Source of the DNA: Eukaryota sp. TZLM1-RC
Taxonomy: Eukaryota > Protista > Metamonada: BaSk clade
DNA: 64,000 nucleotides
Reading direction: 5' to 3'
Assembly: GCA_040285825.1 (NCBI GenBank)
Contig: JAUPSS010000005.1
Location: 620,001 to 684,000, forward strand
Shown: positions 24,274 to 37,964 of the stretch, one piece after another
Layout: each line of letters starts with the position of its first letter
Numbering within the stretch: position 1 is the stretch's first letter
Notes under the pieces: model-generated
What the model was told of the DNA's origin: nothing
The model's input: the letters and a program-made list of their open reading frames with translations, nothing else
Database searches by the model: none
Made by a program: the position numbers and the translations under genes

Positions 24274-24354
24274 TTCATATCTTATTGCTTGATGATATAA
24301 AGTGAAAACAATTGTTTTGTCATTTCATCTGGTCATTTTTTTAATGTAATTTCA

Positions 24355-25561
24355 TTTATTCCAATAAAAAAACAAACTATACGACGGGGTTAAAATTCTA
24401 TGTCATCATAACCCAAATCAGCCAAAAAGAATTGACTGGAGGTTTTTCTTTCATAAACGTGTCCAAGAGATAATAAAGCTGAAGATAATAAAGGAACAAC
24501 ACCTTTGAAAATTGAAAATACAATTCTGTTTTGCCAAAAACTCTTCCAGTACGTTGTTTCACAATTTCAACAAATCATCCAGAAAAGACAAAGCAAGAGG
24601 TCCTAGCGTGCCATGAAGGGAAACTGCAAATGGACAAAGGACATAATGAGTATGCGATTCTGCATTCAAGGATAACAATTTTGCTTTGTATTTGTCAATT
24701 TTGGCGTTTTCGGAAACAGTTAAGGGGTCCCTATATTTTGATTGAGCCATTGGAATAGAAGATCATTACATACATCAGTGGATCTCACATCTGTAATAAT
24801 GGTAGTTCCTTCAAGACCTTCAAGCATTAAATCACCTCTATTCCGACCAAACGAATTCAAAGTATCTTCATCAACCAAACGGGAAAGTAATGGTTCTAAA
24901 AAGGAAATAATTCTATGTGATTTTGACATACAATAGAGTTGATCTCTTACCGCATCATGAACTTTTGAACGGAAAGTAATAAAATGTTTACAATTGAATA
25001 AATGATTTGGAGAAATTGTTGATCCACATTTACAAATCAAATTATGGGGCACGTTATCAGGCCAAATAAAACAACGAAGGCGCATTGTACAAGAAAATTC
25101 GGTGTCATTTAAGAGAAGACCATAAATTTGAGGAATCTGAGTAATTAAACACGAAGAGGAACTGTTTTGGGCATCTCACAAAAAATTTGCGAAAGTGGCA
25201 TTATTTTACGGCCGAGCCAAGACGAATATTAAAATCCAAGTCTTCATAAATTATTGTTAACTTTTGTTGCAATTTTTTAACACAATACCTCAAATTAATT
25301 AGTGTTCTAGATGGTATTTCCTGCACATTGTCGGGAAAACATTTACTCCAGATTTCAGAGGGCAAACAATCGAGGGCATTTTGTAGGTCTCTGAGAAAAT
25401 TATTGCTTGTAAAATTTAGTAAATTAACATCATTGGGAAAACGGTTGCAAAATTCAAAAACAAAATTTTTCCCTTTACCAGGAAAACCAGCCTGATAGAG
25501 AATAGACGATTTAGTGAGATTAAATCCACCAAAATTAGATGATGAAACTACATGACTTCGA
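24355..25561 (-). mobile_element. 5'-truncated RLE retrotransposon (family D)
   Basis: CKCG...HLFNC...RSKVHDAVRDQ...EP...RGD; 3' UTR ending AATAAAT. Confidence 0.88.
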
Positions 25562-25579
25562 TTTTTTTTTCAAAAAAAT

Positions 25580-26895
25580 TTAATTTTATTCAAAACCTAT
25601 AAATCAACATCTAAAAAATCCATCTCTCCCAAAACAAAAACACTAGATGCAACTCTCTCATAGTGAGATCCAAGAGAAAGCAAAGCATCAGAAACCATCT
25701 TCAACATCCCCTTAAAAATAGAAAACACAATTCTATTTTGCCAAAACAATCTGTTGAAATTTCTGCCAGTTCTTCTCTTTACAATCATTTCAAAATTATC
25801 CAAAAAACGTAAAGCAGTTGGTGCAAGTGAACCAAAAAGGGAAAATACAAATGGATACAAATTGTATTTTGCATGCTGTAGACTGGCCAATTTGGACAAA
25901 GGTTCATTGTATTTTTTGAATTTAAAATTTTCAGCATTTGAAAGGGGATTATGAATTTCAGAATTAACTAGCCTTTCATTTGAGGCATTACAAGGATCAA
26001 CAGACATTACATCCAATAAAATGAAACTTCCATCTAATCCAGGTAATATAACATCACCTCTATTATTCTTATGAAAATCATCTTCAGCATCAAACAGACT
26101 TGACAACAGAGGTTCCAAGAAGGATTCAATTCTATGAGATTTACACATACAATATAACTGGTCTCTTACAGCATCATGAACCTTGCTTCTAAAAGTAATA
26201 AAATGTTTACAATTTAACAGATGAGTAGTTGTAATTTCTCGAGAACATTTACAAATTAAATTATGAGGTAAATTATCAGGCCAGATAAAGGAACGAAATC
26301 TCATATTCAATGTGCAAGCAGAATCAGTTAAGAGAGTACCATAAACTTGAGGATTTGTTGTTACTAAGGCAGAAGAAGTACTGTCACACATATCTTGTAA
26401 AGGATTTGCAAAAGCGGGATTCTTTTTCTTGGCCAAGCCAAGTCTAACATCAAAATCCAAGCTTTCAAAAATCTTTGACAATTTTTGTTGAAGCTTTTTA
26501 CAGCAAAACTGTAAATTAAAAAGAGATCGGTTTGGAATTTCTTGAATTGATTGAGGAAATCATTTGGTCCAAATTTGTGGCGGCAATTTTTCAAGTTCAC
26601 AAGATAACTCATACAAATAGGGACTGCAATTGGGAACTAACAGATGAGAATCATCAGGAAATCTACGAGAAAATTCATAAATAAAATTTTTGCCACCACC
26701 CAAGAATGCTGATTGAGTCAAAATTGAAGATTTATTAAATCCAATACCACCCAAATTTGCTGAAGAAAATAGGTGACTTTTCAACATTCCTGGTTCTACA
26801 TCCAATAAATCAGCAAAAAATTCTGTTCTCAATGAATTAAATGAACGACAAAAATCTAATGCTATGGAAGGAGCACAAGATCTCAAAATGTGGGT
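25580..26895 (-). mobile_element. 5'-truncated RLE retrotransposon (family B)
   Basis: ORFs 26560-26898 and 25597-26481; near-identical to 49690-50450 including the 3' end. Confidence 0.9.
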
Positions 26896-27078
26896 CATTT
26901 GAAATTGAGAAACATATTAAAATGTTTATCTTGAAAATTTGCTACTCTGGTAAAATTAGTCACATTTTAAGAACAACATCTCTTGATATTTCACATGAGT
27001 TATGCCGCTCATTTAGTCATTTGAGAACAAATTTTTTGCATCTATGGTTGATGTAAATCCTGTACTCATTCTTGTTGT

Positions 27079-27900
27079 ATTTATTGAATTTGCACACTTA
27101 ATTAAATTAAATCATAACTAATGGACGACTATCATTGAACCAAGATTTCCTTTACAAAATCTTGATCTGCTTGCTGTCTAGTTAAAGCTTCTCTTATTCG
27201 ATTGAAATCCCGAGGTCATCTATTAATAATGGCAAATTGAATCCGTGAACGCCATAAAAAAATATCAAATCTTTTCATTGATTTTATCGAACCTTTTTTT
27301 GGAAGTTATTCAAAGATGTTTCTGCTTCATCTGATAATCTTCCATTTATCGAAAATGGGAAAGCAATAAAAACCAGCTGTGTATTTCTATCGGCATTAGC
27401 CTCTTCAATATCTTTATCATATATTCTATGATTCTTTATTGCTTTAAAATCAAGAGCAGTCACAGGATTAAGTTTTCTTCAAAGAATCAAAGTGAACCAA
27501 AGAATCATTTGCAACATAAGACAAAGTCAACAACAGCTTCAGAATTATCAATCCAATCACAGTATACATCACCTCCATCATCAGACCCAAAAATATTCAG
27601 AGAAAGTGTTTCCATCAGCAGAGGCCCTTTGATGCACGATGTTCTTGCAGTTTGTGCCATATTGAAAATAGTGTCTCTAACAGCATCATGTAATGAAGAA
27701 CGATAAGTTATCAATTTAGAGCAATTCAGAGCATGGTGCAAAGTGGGTTGTGGTGAATTCGAACAAATACATTTTTCTTTTGATTAAAATTGATTAATGG
27801 GGATAATCTCATTTTTGTTACAAATGCTTCATTAGTGGCACACAATCCAAATCTTCGTGGTACAATGGTTACAAAAATTGAAGAATCTGATGACTTGCTT
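27079..27900 (-). mobile_element. 5'-truncated degenerate copy of retro family A
   Basis: Matches 42867-43690 (HALNCSKLITYRSSLHDAVRD) and the shared 3' UTR. Confidence 0.9.
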
Positions 27901-27917
27901 TGACAACTACTGAATTA

Positions 27918-29100
27918 ATTCGAAGTCATGTATTTTCATCATCTAATTTTGAGGAAAATAAATTTCATTAAATGGTCTATTCTCTGTCAGGCTGCTTTTC
28001 CTGGTGGAAAGAAAAATGTTGTTTTTGAATTTTACAAGCAATAAATATCTAAGAGACATTGAAAATGTTCTTGATTGTTTGCCCTTAGAAATTTGGACTC
28101 ATTTTTTGCAATAACGTGCAGGAAATACCATATAGAACACTGGTCGATTTGAGATATTGTGTTAATAAATTGCAACAAAAATTAACAATAATTGTTCAAG
28201 GCTTGGATTTTTAATGTTCGTCTGGACTCGGTCAGAATAGATAATCCCACTTTCGCAAACAAATTTTGTTAGATTCCCAAAACAGTTTCTCTTCGTGTTT
28301 TATTACTCAGATTCCTCAAATTTATGGTCTTCTGTTAAATGATTCCACCTTTTCTTGTACAATGCGCCTGCGATGTTCGATATGGCCCAATATCGATCCT
28401 CATCATTTGGTTTGCAAATGTGGATCAAACATTTCTCCAAGTCATTTGTTTAACTGAAAACATTTTATTTTTTCGATCAAAAGTCCATGATGCAGTTAGG
28501 GACCAGCTCTATTGTATGTCTAAGTCACACAGAATTGTCTCTTAGTTGGAACGATTACTTTCTCGATTGGTTGATGAGGACACTTTGAATTTTTTGATCG
28601 TAACAGAGGTGATTTAATGTTTGAAGAGCTTGATGGCATCGCTTTCATCACTGGTGTGAGATGACTTAATATGTGTAATAATTCCTTCATACCATTAGCT
28701 CAGTGAAAACACAAAAATCCGCTGCCTGTTGTGGAAAATTGAAAAATGACAAATATAAAGAACAGTTGGTATTCATGAAGCTGAATCTCATACTCATTAT
28801 GTCTTTTATCCATTTGCTTTTTCCTTACATGATACGCTTTGACCACTTGCTTTATCTTTTTTGGATGATTTCTTTTGTAAATTTTAAAATGGTGTGCAGG
28901 AAGAATTAATTGACAAATCTGACAAAACAGAATTGTTTTGGTAATTTTTCAAGGTGTTGTCCCGTTATTGTCTTCTATTATTGTCTTTTGGTCGTTTTTA
29001 TGAAGAAAACACCACCAGTGAATTCTTATTGACAATTTATTGGGAAATGAAGATTCAGATTTTCAATTTTCGTGTTTAGTTATTTGAAAGTAATACATTA
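27918..29100 (+). mobile_element. 5'-truncated degenerate copy of retro family D, inverted relative to 24355-25561
   Basis: Same motifs; starts at the same TCGAAGTCATG point. Confidence 0.85.
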
Positions 29101-31129
29101 TATTTTGAAAAGAAAAGAATTCTTATAACAATTCCAGAAATGCTGACCAAAGCACGGTTACAAATAGGAATACAGTATCAATATCGTGTGCTCAATAGAT
29201 TTGATGGGATGCATGTATTGAGGATATTGTGATGTTCTATTGTTGTCTTAAAACTTCTTTTTATATACTTTTATCTGGAAAAAATTGTGTGGGTAAAGGC
29301 ATAATTTTGGACATAAACTTCAATTAAACAGTAATTCAACAGTTAAATAAATGATGGTCTATTGAATAAACGTTATCTAACAAGGTTCGCTTCCAGTTGT
29401 CTGCTTTTGTTGATGAAGATTCCAATGGCGTAGTTGTTTGCTATTCTTATGGCTACGCTTATTGCCCTAACTTCTATCAACGGTGGCAATTTTAACTGCA
29501 ATGACGTGTCGTCAACGACTGGTATTTGACTAACAGTGTAACCATGATATTTCATAATAAGAGTTAAATCTGTAGTCACTATATTATAAAATATTACTTT
29601 CTGTATTCAAAAACAAAGGCTTAAGTTTATCATCATTTTTATTAAATTAGATGACATTTTCCCATTTGTAAAACTCTCTCATTCTCGATCTATGTTTGCT
29701 CACAAACTAGCTTCAAAGTGAACAATTACCAGCAGGAAATATTACCTTGACATTGTTTTGCTTTTGTTGATTCCTTTCTTTTTATATTCTATCTTGTGTG
29801 AATAATCTACGATCAATCAGAGCATATATGGGCAAAAATGGAATAATCGGATCACTGTTGAGTATGGATACTGATTTTGAAGTCAAAAATCATTGAATGA
29901 ATACCAAAATGTTTCTATTTTCCATACCAAAGCATGACTAGAGCAAACCTCAAACAAAAACTAAAAGTGATTAATTCTACCCATATTGAATTTAAGCCCA
30001 GAGGTGCAAATACAACAATCTAATTTTCTATCAACTCATTGTTTGCTGATATCTTCTTCATCTCAACACATTTGGTGAAATAAAATTATTCCATTAAATC
30101 CGAGAAAATGATTCATGATTCCATACGGTACCAACCAGCTGAAATTCATTCATTTACTCTTCACGAGGATCAAAATGGTCATAGATGTTCATCTGCATTG
30201 GTAAAAAAACAGCAAGCTGTTGAACTAAAAATTTGTTAAATTTAATTTAAATTTCATGATTTGTAAACAATAACTTTTTATTTTTGTGTATCTGATGTTC
30301 TCAAATGATGGAAATACTGTTTTCCATTCCAAACCTGTGTGTATTGTCACTCCTTTTGTCACTGAGTCTAGTATTTTCAGCTAGATTCAGCTAAATCAAC
30401 TAGCATTGTTGTTACGTCGGTATTTACAAGTTGATGAATTGTCATTCAAATTCCTGCAACCTGAGTTTGACTCTGATAATGACAAAACCTACAAGGAACC
30501 TCTTCATCCTGGAATTGGACACTGTGTCTCAAAAAGTTAAGTCTATCTACTTTCCTGAAGCTATGTTCAATGGAACACGTTCTCTTGGTAGCTAACTTTG
30601 ACTAAAAGAACTCATTTTTTGGAGCACCCAACATCATTAATAATTAGGATATTCCCCTTCATGTTTTCAGATCGCACATGCATACTTGCTTTGTCCTAAT
30701 TTTATCAAATGCTGCGTTTTTTGGCAGAATCAGGAACATCTTCCATGAACATGCTTTAAGGTTTTCTCATGAGTGGATCTATTGAGTGTAATTCTTCGTA
30801 GTTCTTCGTAATTCTTTGTAATTCTTTGCGATGAAATTTTTACGTGCCTTCAAGGAAAATTGTTTGAATAACTTTTGGGAAATCACTATTTTCTGCAAAA
30901 GTTGACTTTACCTCTATTGAAACTTAAGATTTACCAAGTTTTTGAAGAATTGTTGCCAAACTACAGATGAAGACTTCTAATTATTTGAAGCAGAATCACT
31001 GAACAAGCAAGTTAGCGTGGTTAGCAACTCCGGTGATTTTTCTTTGAAATTGTTTTTGACTTCTTTGTATATTGTGAATTCTTTTCAAAATAGTTCATCT
31101 TGTTTGATAACAACAAGGTTCTCAACTGA

Positions 31130-31345
31130 AAACTTGACTTGAAACTGAAGGCCTCAATTATTTAGATGAATTAGGAAATCTTCTCAAAGAGAGTGGTTGT
31201 ACATTTGATATTTTGAATTGGAAGAACAGAATTGTGTTTTCGTTATTGAAAGCCCTTCCTCGTTTCATTTACTCCACTTGGAATAATATTATGGAGTTTT
31301 ATAACAAGCGAGTGAATAGCGAAAAACTCTCGTCATTCAATTAAT
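31130..31345 (+). mobile_element. RLE retrotransposon 3' fragment (another family)
   Basis: EGLNYLDELG...FDILNWKNRIVFSLLKALPRF. Confidence 0.6.
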
Positions 31346-31462
31346 GGGGTTTGTGTAGCTAAAAGTATTAGATAAGGTTTTTGGTTGAAGTTTTCGGAAT
31401 AAACTACTTATCTTAAAATGAAAAATTAATAAAACATTTATTTTAAACAACCCAAAAAACCC

Positions 31463-32793
31463 TCAAACCACATTCATTCTTGCCAACAAAGCTTTTCTGA
31501 TACTGAAATTCTTGGCTACCCTTACCCCTCCCTCTTCTCTACTTCCCTTTTCTGAATGCTTCAACTGTGAACTTCTCTTTTCACCAAAAGACATTGGTAT
31601 CAGTCCTGGTGAAGAATTACTTCTATTCCTAAACTCCCTTCCTGAGAGTAGATCGGCCGACCTATTAACCTGATTACTGCCACGTGTGCTACCTGACTTC
31701 TTAAAACTGACAGGAACCCTGAAATTCTTGTGGAATGATTTCAACTCATCAATTATTTTCTGCTGTCGTTCTGCTTGTCGTGACTTCTTAAACTTGTCAA
31801 ACTCCACCTTAGTGTCATCTGGTAATTGAGGATTAACCACAGAACAATTGAGGGCTTCAATCTGTGAGGCAATGACGCTATTACGACGGCTACCAACGCT
31901 ATCCTTACGCAAAACAGTGTACTCTTCTGGTGTGAATCCTGGCTTTTGGTTTCCTGATTTCGTTCTAGGAAGTTCCTTGTCAGGTAGATGAGGAGAGGTG
32001 GGAGCAGACATTATGCCTGGGATTTGGTTATTCTTTTCCAAAACTCGAGGCCAATAGCTAGCAAAAGCACCTTCTTTGGGGACTGGAGTGGGAGACCTTC
32101 GTGCATTGGGATTGAGTGGAGAAGAAGTTCGTGATCGCGAGTTAGGGTTGGGGTTAGGGTTGGAGATAGGGCGGGCTGCAGAAAATTTGACTTCTTCATC
32201 AAGGTCATTGTCTGGGTTTGAGGGTTGAGATCTGTGGAACTTTCGCTTCTTCGTCTCTGTTTGTTTCATGTCCTTCTCCACAACAGCTGCCTCTTTTGCC
32301 CACTTCGTGTAATTGGGGTTCTGACGGTCAATTCTTGTGGTGTAATTTTCTTCCCTATAAGTGTTTTGAATTTTATTAGCAGCGAATTGGTTCCATCCTC
32401 GGGCTTGCTTGACGTCAAAGACCTTGGAGGCTTCTAAATCAGGATCAAGATCAGTATCTGGTTGCCATGGAGTGAGTTCACGCTCAGTGCCGTAGGAGAA
32501 TTGAGCAATTTGTTCGTCCGTGGCGAATTGGTTTGTGGAGATAGACTCTGCTGTTATTGAGGAAATGTTGGTGAAGGAAATAGTGTGGCGTTGGTCGAAA
32601 GAAGATGATATAGAGGCTCCTTGTACACATGTTAATGTTATGGTTTTCTGCTGGTCTAGAGGATGAATAGAGCCCAAGAATCCGCTATAGGTTTTTCTAT
32701 CTGTAGTTTTAACAGTGACTTTGTGTCCCTAGAGATGAGAAGGTAGTGAAAACGTACTATTAAAGTCAGTAGAACATGTCGGAGTGGGTTCAT
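31463..32793 (-). CDS. ATXN2: Ataxin-2/Pbp1-like protein (LSM + LsmAD), ~433 aa; intron 32729-32757
   Basis: Splicing a 29-nt GTACGT...CTCTAG intron gives MNPLRHVLLTLIGHKVTVKT...YSGFL (LSM); FATDEQI, ERELTPW, GWNQFAAN, YREENYTTRID (LsmAD). Confidence 0.85.
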
Positions 32794-32876
32794 CAGGTTA
32801 AGAGACTCCCAACAAGATATAAGGAGTTTGATTGTTTGATGAAAACCCGCCTAATTGCTTCTCCCTACCATTTCCA

Positions 32877-35100
32877 ATGAAGCTTGACAACTTACCACGA
32901 TTTGCGTCCGTTATTAATACTCCCCGCTCCTCAGCTACACCGTCTTTCTCTCGTCGCTCAAAAAAACGTCAACTTTCCGAGCTTTCCCAAAGACTCAGTC
33001 ATGAGGATACTGCAAGAGATAACTCTGTAGAACTGTCTGCTATCCGCAGCGCGGACGAACTTGTCATCGATCATAGTCGTGCCCTCAGTATAAAACGGTA
33101 TGTCCTCAACTTACACTAACATTAGTGGAGATCTTGCAATTATCCAAGGCGAAGTCTTTAGATGTACCCCTCGTGCCCCTCATCTCTCTCATATCCCCCT
33201 CGTCCTCAAGCGGTTGGACTGTGTTGATCGTCGTACTTATGACATGAAGGTCTATGAAGCCGATACCCTTGCCCGTTTCTCTGGCCATGCCAACATTGTC
33301 TCGCTCTACTCTTACTGGACCGAACCTTCCCAGTCCCCCTATGTCTTCAAGTCTCTCGTCATGCTCACCGAGGAAGGTATCCAAGGCGACGTAGACTCCA
33401 TGGTCGTCCGAAACCCCATCCGCCCATCGTCTACCCAAGTGCTGAAACTCTTGTGTGATCTATGCAAAGGTCTTATCGCCCTCCACAATTGTAACATTAT
33501 CCATGGTAAACTCAAACCTTCCCACATGTATCTCTCTGCTCGTGGTGCTATGCTAGGAGACTTTGGAAAGGGTGACTTGGACTGTGCTCGTGCTACTCAT
33601 CAGTTGTTTAGTAAGGTACTTATTGGTGATTCTATTCCTAAAGTATTAGTTTATTGGGCTCCTGAACTCCTCAAGTTAGAGAAATACGCTAAATCAGTTG
33701 ACATTTGGGCACTTGGTGTCTCCCTCTACCAAATCGTTACCGGAAGTCACCCCTTTAACACTGATGACGAAGCAGCGTTTAGAGATGACGTGTTGACAGC
33801 TAATGTGGATTTTTCTCGTCTCGAAGGGTTTAGCAGAGTTCGTACTATCATCGAAAATACTATCAGAGTTGAGCCTTCTGAACGTTGGACAGCACATGAA
33901 GTTTTGCATTTCTCCCAATATCCTTTTGCTGTTACAATTCAACGTGTATTTAGAGGTTTCCTTGTACGCCGCGAGTATAATAGAATTCGTAAATCAGCTG
34001 TGAAGATCCAATCTGTAATTAGAGGTTGGTTGGGATACACTAAGTTTTGGAGGGAAAGAGCAAGAATCCATGATGAAGCTGTTGTGAAGTTGCAAAAGGT
34101 TTCCCGTGGTTATGCCGTTCGCAAAGTCTATAAGCAGACCATTGAATGTGTTCGTAAGGTTCAGGCTAATATTCTCGCTCGCCAAACTCGCCGTGCTTTC
34201 CTTTCTTATCGCACCAAGGTTGTTTTGATTCAAAAAACCGTGCGTGGTTTTGTTAATCGTCGTTGGTTGCATAAGGTATGGACGAAGAAGGCCCAGTTGG
34301 AAGCCAGAATGACCAATATTGATCAATTGGTGAATAGTACGCGAACTGAGTTTTACGATCTCGCTCGTCTGTTCAAGGATGAGAAAGTTCCTCGTTGTTT
34401 GGAACATTTGGAGTCATTTGAAGCTTATGAGTTGTACATTACTGATAACAATATGGATGAAGTAGCTCTACCTACGCTTTGTTTGGCAGCTAAGAAAATT
34501 AAGCAATATGAGAGTGAAATGGAGGAAATGCAGAAGAAGTTGAGAGAATATGAGGAGAAGGAAAGACAGGAATGTGTTCAGAAACAAAAGTTGGAGAAGG
34601 AATTAGGTGAAAAGTATAATGAATTAGATCCAATGGTTGAGGAATTGAAACAGAATCTATGTAGAGTAGCCAAGATGTGTCAAACTGCAAGATTTATTTC
34701 TCTCTCCATCCAACACCCCTATGTTTATTCCAAATGGGATAGAGTGCATGAACCCTGGAATATTGTGGATAATGTTTTAGAGGATGATGAATCTGTATAT
34801 AGAACTTTATCTCCTGTACTAGATTTGACTTTGAATAATGGAAAAACTACATTTATCTCTGAAGTTCAGCTATTTGCAGGTGAATGTGGTCCTTCTAGAG
34901 TGGAAGTCTATGTAGCTCAAAATTTTGACGATTGGGAGTTTGTTGCTGAATTTGAATGTACAAGAGATGCTCTGCAGGTTTTTAAGTTGCCAGGAGAACA
35001 AGTTTGTCGCCATTTGAGAATTTCATGTCCTAACAACATTAGAGGGGGTAATATTGTTTCCGTTAGATATGTTAAGGCCAAGGGTAAGCTATTGGAGTAG
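32877..35100 (+). CDS. Protein kinase-like (probable pseudokinase) with IQ motifs, coiled coil and a C-terminal beta-sandwich, ~731 aa; intron 33098-33125
   Basis: 28-nt GTATGT...ACTAAC...TAG intron joins ORFs 32832 and 33100; HANIVSL, HGKLKPSH, DFG, APE, DIWALG; IQRVFRG, IQSVIRG, LQKVSRG, IQKTVRG. Confidence 0.85.
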
Positions 35101-35723
35101 GTTTTAAGAAGTTGTATTATAGAATGTTTTTTAGTATTTTAATAAAGTATGTTACATTTATTGTGATTTTAATGAAGCGAACTAATTTTGGGGAACACAA
35201 GAGCGCTTATATGGTAAATGGTCATTTTATTACATTTTTAATTGAATTGTGCAGTTTTTTTAAACAAATGTTGTTCGATCGCTGATTACCGATCCTGACG
35301 ATTAGGTACCTTCATCAAAAATAACCACTTTTCAAGATTCTTTTTATAGTTTATTACTATTTGTTACAGAATCAATATGCTGGCTCCATATTCACGACAA
35401 CAATTTACCTCATCTACTGATTTGCTCAACAAGATTGATATTTGTTTATTTGGAATAAACGCAAGGATAAAGCCCACTATTGGTACAAACATTTTGGAAT
35501 AGTATTGATATTAATTTGTTAAAAACCCAACGCGTTTGTACTGTTACACAATTTCCTATTGATAACTCATAAACAGTTTTTCAAGTTGAAGTCATGTTTC
35601 TGAGGACATTGCATGATAAAGGACAATAATTCATTTTGTGTTGTGAATATGCATTGAAAGCAGAGGATCAATTTGTGAAATAATCCACCTCACCCCTCTA
35701 TTTTTGCATCTTCTACTGCACCA

Positions 35724-37131
35724 ATGGAACTTTCGGAACTTCAAAAGCTTACTGCACTTAGTCCAGAAGTCATTTCTAATCAGGCTACCATAAATATCGG
35801 TACAATCGGACATGTTGCTCATGGAAAATCTACCGTTGTTAAGGCCATATCTGGCGTTCACACTGTTCGTTTCAAGAACGAAATCGAAAGAAACATCACA
35901 ATCAAACTTGGATATGCTAATGCAAAGCTCTTCCAATGCCCCAATTGCACAGACATTGCCAGATACCAATCTCTCGGAAGCAGTGCTCCCGCTAATTCCC
36001 CCTGTGCCGTCTGTAAAACCCCAATGAACCTTCTTCGCCATGTCTCTTTCGTAGATTGTCCTGGTATGTTTACTTCGCCTCCATATTCATTCTAGGTCAC
36101 GATATCCTCATGGCCACTATGCTCAATGGTGCTGCAGTCATGGACGCCGCTCTCCTGCTCATCGCCGCTAATGAACCCTGTCCTCAACCTCAAACCCAAG
36201 AACATCTAGCCGCTGTCCAGATCATGAAGCTTCACCACATCATCATTCTCCAAAACAAGATTGATTTGGTCAAAGAAGCCCAAGCTACAGAACATTATGA
36301 GCAAATTATAAAGTTCATCAAGTCCACCGTCGCTGATCGATCGCCAATTCTACCTGTCAGTGCCCAACTCAAGTACAACATTGACGTCATTGTGGATCTC
36401 TTGTGCAACTATATCCCAGTCCCGACCAGAAATCTCTCTGATCCTGCTAGATTGATTGTCATTCGTAGTTTTGATATTAACAAGCCAGGAACTAACATTA
36501 ATGAATTAACTGGAGGGGTTGCGGGAGGTTCTATTTTGCAAGGTATTTTAATTATTTATTTTCATTTATTTTAGGTATTCTTCGTCTTGGTGATAAAGTT
36601 GAAATCAGACCAGGTATTCCTGAACGTGATGAGGAGGGCAAAGTTAGATGCAAACCTATATTCACTCGTGTTACTTCGCTTTTTGCTGAGAAGAACTCTC
36701 TGCAATTTGCTGTTCCTGGCGGTTTAATTGGTGTTGGTACCTCTATGGACCCTTCTCTTTGCAGAGCAGACAGGTTAGTAGGGGGTGTTCTTGGTTTGGC
36801 AGGAACTCTACCAGGAGTATTCATTGAAATTGAGATTCATTATTATTTGCTTAAGCGTTTGTTGGGAGTAAAGGGGGGAGAGGAAGGAAAGACTGTTAAA
36901 GTTTCACCATTAATGGTTGATGAGATTTTGATGCTTAATATTGGTTCAACTTCAGCTGGTGGTACTGTGGTGTCTGTACCTTCAAAGGACCATGCTACTA
37001 TTATTTTGCAAAATCCTGTATGTACAGAGGCAGGGGCAAAGGTGGCATTGAGTAGGAGAATTGAGAAACATTGGAGGTTGATAGGATGGGCTGATATTGT
37101 AGGAGGGAGCCAGATTATGGATGGTGAATAG
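35724..37131 (+). CDS. EIF2S3: Translation initiation factor eIF2 gamma, ~447 aa; introns 36064-36095 and 36543-36574
   Basis: [19 protein letters not shown]|[36 protein letters not shown]; two 32-nt GT-AG introns restore the frame. Confidence 0.97.
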
Positions 37132-37659
37132 AGGTTTATTGATTGTTTTTTGATGGTTATAAATTTAGTTTTTACTAGAATTTTTGGTTCAATGCAGCTA
37201 ATTACCAGTCGTTTCAGAATTAAAATGGCAATTGATTGTTAGAATTGTAGAAATGTAAAATTTTTGACCACTGATTCTTCAAGAAGTGGGTAGAGTAAAA
37301 GGCTAGATGTCAAAGTTTAGGATAACATGTGTCAATCAATTATTGTGCTAATCACTAATTATTTACACAATATTTCCGATATTCCTTCACAAGGCCCATG
37401 TGGGCTTCCAAGGTCAACTCTTGTTAATTCCAATCACCATCAGATATATTTCTGATTCAATAAACTGTTTAAATTTGTTGGAATCTGGACTCAAAACTTG
37501 TTCTTAAAGGCATTTTATTCATTGTTTAACAAAACCAACTATTGTGGACAAAAGTGATGTTACACATATTCGGCTAAGAGTCTTTTAAATCCTTTTTCTT
37601 TGAGCAAAGTGAATATTTCCAGTTCTGAAAGAAGTTTAAGACAATTCTAGAATTTCTGG

Positions 37660-37875
37660 TTTTTCGATTGACTTGAAAATTGCTTCAAAAAAACGATGAA
37701 AAAATTTTATGTCTCTTGCTGGTGGTCACGAATTGAATTCGCTATAATTAATAGATTACTTCGTTTTTTTATCGAATAAGAAAGGCAATGGTGAGAAAAC
37801 AAGTAGAAGAGGATTTTGTAGATGAAATATTGGTGGCATTAGTTCTGAATTTTTACTGTTGAAAATCAATAAAAT
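37660..37875 (+). mobile_element. Diverged 3' end of a family A-like retrotransposon
   Basis: KKTMKKF...SRIEFAIINRL...DFVDEILV, then AATAAA. Confidence 0.7.
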
Positions 37876-37964
37876 TCTTTATTCATTTTTGGTAATTTTA
37901 CCTTTTTGAACCTCCCACAGATCGGCGACCGATCATCGACCTGCAAGGCTCATCATGCCTTGTC

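Noticed and set aside
30788-30830. 10-bp tandem repeat GTAATTCTT(C/T)
   Set aside because: Four degenerate units with no spacers; ordinary slippage
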